30,012 nt of DNA, from the IMG/VR virus record IMGVR_UViG_3300008110_000276, positions 1 to 30,012 of that record. One strand, given 5' to 3'. The DNA comes from a virus (lineage: Duplodnaviria; Caudoviricetes). The first letter of the stretch is position 1. Each line of letters starts with the position of its first letter. Shown here in pieces: positions 19,701-26,800 of the stretch. The notes beneath the pieces are model-generated. The model had not been told where the DNA came from. It saw only the letters and a list, made by a program, of their open reading frames with translations, and did no database searches. Both the position numbers and the translations under genes were made by a program.

Positions 19701-21810
19701 TACCAGAAGTTCCAGAAGAACCAGCAGTACCAGTGTTACCTGTTCTTGAGAAATCTATTACTAATTGTGCTCCATTTGTAGAAGGAATTACCCCACTTAC
19801 ATAAGAAACAGGTATTTTGTAATATCCAGCTGCAGATGTTACTGCTCCTGTTACTACAAATATATTGTTTATTGTACCATTATCTCTGCTTGATAATACG
19901 ATATATCCTCTAGCTGAAGTTGTTGTAGAATCATCCCATGTATCAAACCATGTAGTTTGAGTTACACCAGATTGGTCTGTATTATCAATGAATATTTGAG
20001 ATATTAATCCAGTTGATGTGTTGTTATATCTTAAAGTTCCAGCACCAGGATCCGAATCAGTTGTTGATGTACTAAAATTATATTTTACACCACCAGCTTG
20101 TCCGCTTGTTCCAGAAGTTCCAGCAGAACCAGAAGAACCCTGTGCACCAGAAGTTCCAGATGAACCAGAAGTTCCCGATGTACCAGAAGTTCCCGATGTA
20201 CCAGAAGTTCCAGAAGAACCTCCAGTTCCAGTTGAACCAGCCGTACCAGTTGAACCACTAGTTCCAGATGTTCCGTTTATACCAGATGTTCCAGAAGAAC
20301 CAGAAGTTCCAGATGTTCCTGACGTTCCAGAAGAACCACTAGCTCCACCAATACCACTTGTTCCAGAAGTTCCTGATGTGCCAGAAGTTCCAGAAGAACC
20401 ACTAGTACCAGAAGTTCCAGAAGAACCAGCACTACCAGTTGTACCCGCCGAACCACCTGCCCCACTTATACCACCACTACCAGAAGTTCCAGAAGTACCA
20501 CCGCTTCCAGATGAACCATTTGAACCAGATGTTCCTGATGTTCCAGAAGTTCCCGAAGAACCACCAGTACCAGAACTTCCTGTTAATCCAGAAGTACCAC
20601 TTACTCCAGATGAACCAGCTGAACCAGACGTACCAGCTGTTCCAGTACTTCCGCTTGTCCCAGAAGTTCCTGATGTTCCAGAAGTTCCTGATGAACCAGA
20701 TGAACCAGTACTTCCACTTGTTCCAGAAGTACCAGAAGAACCACCCGTTCCAGTAGTTCCAGAAGTTCCTGATGTCCCAGAAGTTCCTGATGTACCTCCG
20801 CTTCCCGATGTACCAGAAGACCCGGTTGAACCAGACGTACCGCCACTACCACTAGTACCAGAAGTTCCAGAAGTTCCTCTTGTACCAGAAGTACCAGAAG
20901 TACCACCACTTCCGCTTGTTCCAGACGTACCACCACTACCAGAAGTTCCCGATGTACCGCCACTACCAGAAGTACCAGAAGTACCTCCACTACCAGAAGT
21001 TCCCGATGTACCACTTGTTCCAGAAGTTCCTGATGTTCCTGATGTACCAGCCGACCCAGTTGTACCAGAAGTTCCAGATGTTCCTGATGTTCCAGACGTA
21101 CCAGACGTACCAGAAGTTGCTGCTGCAAATCTTCTACTAATTCTACCGGTAGTCATGTTCAATACCAACACCTCATTTGTTGTATTATCAGTTGGTATAG
21201 AATCTCCTGTTACCGAAATAGAACCACTTACATTTAGTGAACCAGTAATTTCTTGTCTATCAATTACATTATCACCGAATTTGTTTGAACCAGTAGCATA
21301 TATTATTGATGATGAAATAAATGTTGTATGCAATTCAGTAGCTGTAATTTTTCCAGCCACATTTAAGTTTTGACTTATTACAACTGAACCAGTTATGTTT
21401 GAATTTCCGTTTACCGCTAACCCACCACTAATTGAAGTTGGTACATTAACTACCAATCCTCTATTTGGTGAAATATTTGCAGTTGCCGAACCAGATTTAA
21501 TTTGATTAATATCTCCAATTGCATCTGCATTGATATTAAATAATCCACTACCATCACCTCTAAATAAAGATGCAGTTATAGATGATGATATTGATAAAGA
21601 CCCAGTTATTTGAGTATTGGACTTTACTTCTAATGGTAAATTTCCAAAAGAATCTATTTCGTATGTTTGAACACCAGATGCAGTAATTTTTCCAACAACA
21701 TTTAATGATGCCGATGAGAAATCTACTATTCTACTTCCACTTACATACAAAGCAACTAAGCTTGAACTTAGTTGATTTAAACCATTAGGGTTACCTCCTA
21801 AATACTCCAT
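13708..21810 (-). CDS. giant modular tail fibre with Gly-X-Y tracts and C-terminal intramolecular chaperone (peptidase S74-like), 2700 aa
   Basis: C-terminal YSDRRAKENI...IGVIAQEV..VIPEAV...VSYGNL plus coiled coil; two G-(S/T)-(S/T) tracts; repeated APIFYDSxxTxYY linkers. Confidence 0.9.
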   Translation of the reverse strand: MEYLGGNPNGLNQLSSSLVALYVSGSRIVDFSSASLNVVGKITASGVQTYEIDSFGNLPLEVKSNTQITGSLSISSSITASLFRGDGSGLFNINADAIGDINQIKSGSATANISPNRGLVVNVPTSISGGLAVNGNSNITGSVVISQNLNVAGKITATELHTTFISSSIIYATGSNKFGDNVIDRQEITGSLNVSGSISVTGDSIPTDNTTNEVLVLNMTTGRISRRFAAATSGTSGTSGTSGTSGTSGTTGSAGTSGTSGTSGTSGTSGTSGSGGTSGTSGSGGTSGTSGSGGTSGTSGSGGTSGTSGTRGTSGTSGTSGSGGTSGSTGSSGTSGSGGTSGTSGTSGTSGTTGTGGSSGTSGTSGSTGSSGSSGTSGTSGTSGTSGSTGTAGTSGSAGSSGVSGTSGLTGSSGTGGSSGTSGTSGTSGSNGSSGSGGTSGTSGSGGISGAGGSAGTTGSAGSSGTSGTSGSSGTSGTSGTSGTSGIGGASGSSGTSGTSGTSGSSGTSGINGTSGTSGSTGTAGSTGTGGSSGTSGTSGTSGTSGTSGSSGTSGAQGSSGSAGTSGTSGQAGGVKYNFSTSTTDSDPGAGTLRYNNTSTGLISQIFIDNTDQSGVTQTTWFDTWDDSTTTSARGYIVLSSRDNGTINNIFVVTGAVTSAAGYYKIPVSYVSGVIPSTNGAQLVIDFSRTGNTGTAGSSGTSGTSGSTGSSGTTGSAGTSGSAGTSGSAGTSGSAGTSGSAGTSGSGGSSGTSGTSGSGGTSGTSGTGGTAGSSGTSGTSGTSGSGGTSGTSGTSGSGGTAGTSGTSGSGGTSGTSGSGGTSGTSGSGGTSGTSGTSGTRGTAGSGGTSGTSGTSGTSGTSGTSGTSGSGGTSGSGGTAGTSGSGGTSGLLALTGTTNNGVITLNGTAPNGTVEANLTFDGTTLAVTGNATISGDLTVSGTTTYINTTTLNVGDNIITLNADIGASTAPTENAGIEVKRGNASTVSFYWNESTDRWYADNTLQVNGNVVLSGTIDTGQGATEVYLMNQNLRTTDNVTFNQVTAGSFLGNATSATTATYINVQDTRAAASTPQTQNANQGVRFDFKQNSTNGLSDGGTYNGVMYFRKYGGSSDWSGGGANELGFTDNGNMWLRYGSGTSWGAWKRIMDTTSYAFAANMDQNVRTTDSPVFASINTGPGVTDVHLMNQNIRTTDNVTFANITGNNFILPQNPVGTTYGNGVSTTPPYMFSQTVGDNDGWRLYGETSATNAVRMVFELVDDLETAFTDQWAFRNKLTYGGYTARNEFQISGDGDAQARTSLRAPIFRDSDDTAFYVNPRSDSRMSGLRLDGIDNQASGTDAILWINKPNNNDWAMIVTGDLEYGIDMRMASGHSYAYRALKAGSEYYRVGTDMVYHDSSMRAPLFIDSTDTTYRIDGNDLSTLYRLRVGGAISTNTSNGANIFGMKSEGGKYITHNAFGQDGGYNWSSTTYVTSNSNSAAGNTTFRGPGSWEGHIEAGYITIDATKTYKISAWIRTVSGNPYCFLSYRQFYWDYSNPGNGGWGNPYYWTGVPPTSWTEYTMTIGPAGSGASYTHMSGVKFAQVGWLHNYLYSGYSGQAEIQGFRIEEVDNTLANNTTVLGDLYASRFIDNNDGSFLADPTGTSRFVNLTLTGQLNIPNNALINVNNEPDVWGARFRTTTSTSNLGSALKNIIWTGGGTSEGFAISGVGTGGYALEVRNDGIAWARSSFRAPEHFGDRFYDTGGTFLFRVGANSGNTRHINLSNSTSDPSDVGSSTGITSGQRGDGQPYYMFYVKSPYNNGNSTHTRMVVGWHTGVEIGGNPAYGGTRFMSDSPGVSTNEIMSIGRGDQNVRITNTLFAPYFADRDNTGYYLDLATVGTSINMAGSLNAATYYRPAILVNASGTSSSGGALGMQQVTGEGWTGIFVDYEPYTGWGLWHDNPNNMFAFTSESSTGQIRSFTVPSRQSGNRTAYEKFRVDQNNGDVIVGRDGYAQSSFRAPIFYDSADTTYYVDLNSSAYLRGPVNTAGGHSTSLFRVIARASEMGTGQQSQLQMWVSEPGNTWNDGGFGFNVDNSYHDGSAAYHFSRPNTNYGQAYMRFTTAGHTYFYNTNTSGGRSTNMEMYSSGYVYVNNYLQGGNSLRAPIFYDSDNTGYYVNPAGTTQLSYVLANDWFRAQGGTGLYTQDYGSHWRTSLQSSYGTWETYGYARNGWAGINIIDPSGYWNHYMHESGNGGLYQQNGNGWVWYYSRGNDCLGIGDSSTVGGYAARINNSLYVNSTLYTGGPVYGTIFYDSNDSGYYLDPNGVDNQGLRMRGGTLHGPNWSWGKYLRVGTNGRIDGNPSVVTTNGNLHLDCENGYETYINHYSGNRTYTYELRSTFIYDYNNTGYYWNGDGTSRMLTIDVNNAYLGFFEPWGVGGNSGQGTRAYSIFQEGGGWGYPYPDLRIAYHTGIKLGANGPSYEGVRLYSDYDMSGILIQLSGPSNYSFWHTWQRLEGYHGIYSGLNSAHFYPNNSTYGTWRVDGTRSGYGGILFDVGNTPVLMFDGGGNGGIYYQSGRWMFYHYFPYNCVGVNTSSTSPSYGMYVYRGIYATENIVAYSDRRAKENIVTIDSALDKLLQMRGVYYNRIADENKVRQIGVIAQEVNEVIPEAVTYCDVNDEYGVSYGNLAGLFIESIKDQQQIIDKQAEEINLLKDELQKIKDLILNIKG
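19145..19742 (-). repeat. Gly-X-Y coding repeat tract 2 of the 2700-aa fibre, ~200 aa
   Basis: Same repeat type, separated from tract 1 by a ~115-aa non-repetitive domain; boundaries approximate. Confidence 0.9.
20090..21117 (-). repeat. Gly-X-Y (Ser/Thr-rich) coding repeat tract 1 of the 2700-aa fibre, ~340 aa
   Basis: 9-nt periodic degenerate repeat translating as GTSGSSGTS...; boundaries approximate. Confidence 0.9.
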
Positions 21811-21822
21811 TCATTAAAACTT

Positions 21823-22155
21823 TTATGTTATCTCCAATACCGAAACAATTACATCTGCTGAATTAGCTAATGATGATGTTACCGAAAGAAAATCTCCGGC
21901 TTCCAAAACTAACTTTTGCTCACCACCAACTAACACATTAGAACTACCAGGCACTATTAACGCATCCTTAACAACGTATGCAACTTTGTTGGCAGATACA
22001 TCTCTTACCATTACACTAACTGAAATATTATTTGTGTTTACATTAGCTACACCAACACCAATTACAGTTGTTGATGTATTTGCCGGTGTTGTGTAAACAG
22101 GAACACCTGTTGTTCCAATTGAACTTGCTATACTATTTTTAAATGCGTTTGCCAT
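21823..22155 (-). CDS. small beta-rich virion/fibre-associated protein (110 aa)
   Basis: MANAFKN...VYTTPA.T.TTVIG..AN...KLVLEAGD.L.V...DVIVSVLEI pattern seen in phage fibre clusters. Confidence 0.75.
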   Translation of the reverse strand: MANAFKNSIASSIGTTGVPVYTTPANTSTTVIGVGVANVNTNNISVSVMVRDVSANKVAYVVKDALIVPGSSNVLVGGEQKLVLEAGDFLSVTSSLANSADVIVSVLEIT

Positions 22156-22168
22156 TTCTTTTTATTTT

Positions 22169-22450
22169 TTATCCCAATGCTATTGCAAATGCGATAGCTG
22201 AATCCAATACATTAACCCCATCCACCAAATATCCTCCTGCTGTCAAATCCATAGAACCGGTCATCTTAACAGAACCACTTACCAATAAACTATTATTTAT
22301 AGTAAGATTATCGAATGATGCTTGTTGTACATCAATAGTTCCTTTAAATGAACCAGTCAAAGAACCTGTAAACGACCCACTTAAATCCGCAAAAGCATTA
22401 TTTCTATCTTGAATTATAGAACCAGAAAATATAGGATTGTGTATTACCAT
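22169..22450 (-). CDS. small virion-type protein (93 aa) ending AIAFAIALG
   Basis: SGSFTGS repeats like those in the neighbouring fibres and a hydrophobic C-terminal AIAFAIALG motif. Confidence 0.75.
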   Translation of the reverse strand: MVIHNPIFSGSIIQDRNNAFADLSGSFTGSLTGSFKGTIDVQQASFDNLTINNSLLVSGSVKMTGSMDLTAGGYLVDGVNVLDSAIAFAIALG

Positions 22451-22475
22451 TTTACCTTAAACATTTTGTTATAGG

Positions 22476-22484
22476 TATAAATAT
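22476..22484 (-). promoter_or_regulatory. RTATTTATW motif (putative late promoter)
   Basis: ATATTTATA 25 nt before the ATG at 22450. Confidence 0.6.
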
Positions 22485-22499
22485 AAACTTCCATATCTT

Positions 22500-22943
22500 T
22501 TAAGGTTTTACAGGCCATTCTATATTAAACGGATTTGATTGATTCGTTACATCTCTCAATTGTTGTCTATAATTACTCCAAATATTTTTAGTTTCCGTTG
22601 GAATATCACTTAATTGAGTCCAATCACATTCTGCCAATAATTCATTTCTAATTTCTCTAACAATAAACCATTGATTTTCCAATCTATAATCTATATCACT
22701 TTGAGAAGCATCGGTTTGAATCCAATTCTGATAATATACGCCATCAGTTAGAACAGGAGTTCCTTCGGTAATATTTTTTGTATAATCATTTGGCATTGAA
22801 GTTGGAGTAACTACATACATATCCCAATCAGCTAATGATTCATCGGATAATTCAGCAGGTAAACTTACATTTGGATACGCCTCTCTTAATTGAGGAATAC
22901 TATATGGATACGTTATTGTTTCATCTATAATTCTTAAATACAT
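22500..22943 (-). CDS. tail fibre assembly chaperone-like protein (147 aa)
   Basis: C-terminal REIRNELLAECDWTQLSD.P...W..YRQQLRD...WPVKP motif of phage tail assembly chaperones. Confidence 0.85.
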   Translation of the reverse strand: MYLRIIDETITYPYSIPQLREAYPNVSLPAELSDESLADWDMYVVTPTSMPNDYTKNITEGTPVLTDGVYYQNWIQTDASQSDIDYRLENQWFIVREIRNELLAECDWTQLSDIPTETKNIWSNYRQQLRDVTNQSNPFNIEWPVKP

Positions 22944-22944
22944 A

Positions 22945-23847
22945 TTATTTAAAGTTTGCAGGAATTGATGCGAAATTTGTTAAATTAATACAATTGTTAA
23001 AGCAATCAGTTCCAGATGGTGTTGGAGTTCGTAACCACAATTCAGGAGCTGTTCCAGTTAATGCGTTTGTTGTAGAACTCATATTATAGCAGTTATTAAA
23101 AATCAATGCATTAGTATTATTTGTAAATTGTAATACATTTGTTAATGCTCTGCAATTTCTAAAAGTACCAGAAAAATTAGTTACATTTATATTTTGGTCA
23201 AATAATGTTGATGGTACTGATGTAAGTGCTGAACATGCAAAGAAACACGATGCAAATGTAGTTGCAGCTGGTACATTATCAAATAATCCACTTGGAACTG
23301 TTGTTAATGTTAGTATCGATGCAAATGTGTTTGAAAATGTTGTTGCATTTGGTGAATAATCAAAAAGGTCAGAAGGTATTGCTGATAATCTAGTAGCTTG
23401 AAATGCCGAATTAAAGTTTACCACTTCTGCTAATCCAGTATAACCACCCACACCATCAAGAGAAGCACTACCAGGTATTGATGTTAAATTTTGACAACCA
23501 TAAAAATTTATAGTTCTCAATCCAACAATTCCCCATTGAACCAATTCAGTAATAAGATTTCTAATATTTAAATTATTATTTACTGAAAATCCTGGCATAA
23601 ATCCGCTAATAGTAATAGTATATGTACCTGTTGCCGAATATGTATGAATTCTATCAGTAGATGATGATGATGTTATTAATGGTGATGATGTACCATCACC
23701 CCAACTTATTGTAAGATTTGGTTTTAATAATCCAAAATCAACTAAAGGTACAGTAAACACTGTATTTACTGAAGTTGTTGTTACTTTAAAAACAAACGGA
23801 AATACTTCTGCAGAATCCGATGGTATTAATTTTCTTGCTATACTCAT
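22945..23847 (-). CDS. PKD-like domain + leucine-rich repeat (BspA-like) protein, putative adhesin, 300 aa
   Basis: TISWGDG...HTYSATGTYTITISG (PKD-like) followed by ~25-aa repeats F..xF..C..LT.VP..LFD. Confidence 0.75.
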   Translation of the reverse strand: MSIARKLIPSDSAEVFPFVFKVTTTSVNTVFTVPLVDFGLLKPNLTISWGDGTSSPLITSSSSTDRIHTYSATGTYTITISGFMPGFSVNNNLNIRNLITELVQWGIVGLRTINFYGCQNLTSIPGSASLDGVGGYTGLAEVVNFNSAFQATRLSAIPSDLFDYSPNATTFSNTFASILTLTTVPSGLFDNVPAATTFASCFFACSALTSVPSTLFDQNINVTNFSGTFRNCRALTNVLQFTNNTNALIFNNCYNMSSTTNALTGTAPELWLRTPTPSGTDCFNNCINLTNFASIPANFK

Positions 23848-23858
23848 AACTATAATTA

Positions 23859-26800
23859 TTAACTCATATTTTTTCCAACTACAAATCCGTAATATGTTGT
23901 ACCACCATTAAAAGTAAAGAATGATAATACATCAGTTCCAATGGATGTTAATATTGGTGCACTTCCATTAACCCAATCTACACTAGCAGGCCATGTTATC
24001 GCATAACCACCAGCATTTACCATTGTGAATGTAAATCCAAATGCATTAGATGCTGGTGGATTTGAGAAAGTTATTGTTGATGTACCACTAAATTGTCTTC
24101 TAAAGTTATTTGCTGTTAAAAGGTTTAGTGTAGCATCAGTTCCAGTTCCCAAATCTGAATAGGTTTCTCTAAATACAGTTGATGTTGATAAACCAGTTAC
24201 ACTTAGATTTCCAGTTAAATTTATATCACCAGTTTGAGTTGTATTACCAGAAATAGTCAATGTAGTACCATCAAATGTTAAATTAGTTTCTACATTCGCG
24301 CCAACAGGAGCATTTGAATATGTTAATAATCCATCATTTGTAGTTCCAGTTAAACCAAATCCATTAGTTCCAGAAGTACCAGAAGTAAAATTTGGAGGAG
24401 TTGTACCGGATGTACCAGATGTACCAGTTTGTCCAGATGTACCAGCCGAACCAGCAGTTCCAGATGTAAAGTTTGGAGGTGTTGTACCAGATGTTCCCGA
24501 TGTACCAGTTTCTCCCGATGTACCAGCTGTTCCTGATGTAAAGTTTGGAGGAGTTGTTCCAGACGTACCAGATGTTCCAGTTATACCAGATGTACCACCA
24601 CTACCACTTGTACCAGATGTAAAGTTTGGAGGAGTTGTTCCAGACGTACCAGATGTTCCAGCTGCACCAGTAGAACCTTGTGCACCACTTGTACCAGAAG
24701 TACCACTACTACCAAAGAATGTGCCATCAAATCCAGACGTTCCCGAAGTTCCGTTTGTTCCAGTTGAACCAGATGTACCCGTTGTTCCAGAAGTACCATC
24801 GCTACCACTTGTGCCAGAAGTACCACTACTTCCAAAATAAGTTCCATCAAATCCAGAAGTACCGCTTACACCAGACGTACCACTTGTACCATCAGTACCC
24901 GTAGAACCCGAACTTCCCGATGTACCAGAAGTTCCTGATGTACCACTACTACCAAAGTAAGTTCCATCAAATCCACTTGTTCCAGAAGAACCTGAAGTTC
25001 CAGAAGTTCCTGATGTACCATCACTACCAGAAATACCACTTGTTCCAGAAGAACCTGAAGTTCCACTACTTCCAAAGAATGTACCATCTAAACCAGATGT
25101 ACCAGAAGTTCCCGATGAACCAGAACTTCCGCTTGTACCAGAAGTACCAGTTGTTCCACTTGAACCAGAAGAACCATTACTACCAAAGAATGTACCATCC
25201 AATCCAGATGTACCACTACTACCAGTTGTACCAGCCGTACCAGTACTTCCACTTGAACCAGATGTTCCAGCTCCAGAAGTTCCCGAAGAACCACTACTTC
25301 CGCTTGAACCAAAATAAGTTCCATCTAAACCAGAAGTTCCCGATGAACCAGAAGTTCCGCTTGAACCTGATGTTCCAGCTCCAGAAGTTCCCGAAGAACC
25401 ACTACTTCCGCTTGAACCAAAGAATGTTCCATCTAAACCGCTTGTACCACTAGTTCCACTTGTACCATCCGTTCCAGTAGAACCAGAACTTCCAGAAGTT
25501 CCAGCCGTTCCATCAGACCCAGAAGTACCGCTACTACCAAAATAAGTTCCATCTAAACCAGAAGTTCCTGAAGTACCTGTTGTACCAGAAGAACCAGATG
25601 TACCAGACGTTCCAGCTGTTCCAGTAGTTCCAGAACTACCAGACGTACCACTACTACCAAAATAAGTTCCATCCAATCCAGAAGTTCCTGAAGTTCCAGA
25701 TGTACCAGCAGACCCATTTGTACCAGAAGTTCCTGAAGTTCCTGTTGTACCTGCGGACCCAGTAGTTCCAGAACTACCAGACGTACCACTACTACCAAAA
25801 TAAGTTCCATCTAATCCAGAAGTACCGCTACTACCAGATGAACCAGAAGTTCCTGATGTGCCACTTGTTCCTGATGTACCACTTGACCCACTTGAACCAA
25901 AATAAGTTCCATCTAATCCAGAAGTTCCGCTTGAACCAGAAGTACCATCAGAACCAGATGTACCTTGTGTTCCTGAAGTTCCACTACTTCCACTACTTCC
26001 GCTTGTACCATCTGAACCAGATGTTCCACTCGTCCCATCTATTCCAGACGTACCACTACTACCAGTTGTACCAGACGTACCATCAGTTCCAGTAGAGCCG
26101 CTTGTACCAGCAGAACCCGTAGTTCCACTTGTACCATCAGAACCAGAAGTTCCAGATGTTCCACTACTTCCAGAAGAACCTGTACTTCCACTTGTACCAT
26201 CAGTTCCAGTAGAACCACTTGTACCAGATGAGCCAGAAGTACCATCAGAACCAGAAGTTCCAGAAGAACCACCACTTCCGCTTGTTCCAGACGTACCATC
26301 GGAACCTGTTGTACCAGATGAACCCGTTGTACCAGACGAACCAGATGTACCGCTTGAACCAGCTGAACCAGACGTACCATCAGTTCCAGATGTTCCACTA
26401 CTACCGCTACTTCCACTACTTCCAGAAGAACCTGTACTTCCACTTGTACCAGAAGTTCCTGATGAACCAGATGAGCCAGATGTACCATCAGTTCCAGATG
26501 TTCCACTGCTACCACTACTACCACTTGTTCCAGAAGAACCTGTTGTACCAGAAGAACCAGATGTACCAGATGACCCACTACTACCACTAGAACCAGAAGT
26601 TCCGGATGTACCACCACTACCACTTGTTCCAGAAGAGCCTGTTGTACCAGAAGAACCACTACTACCGCTACTTCCAGAAGTTCCAGAAGAACCATCTTCA
26701 CCACTTGTACCACTTGTTCCAGAAGAACCACTACTTCCGCTTGTACCACTTGTTCCAGAAGAACCCGTACTACCGGATGTACCAGAAGTTCCGCTTGTGC

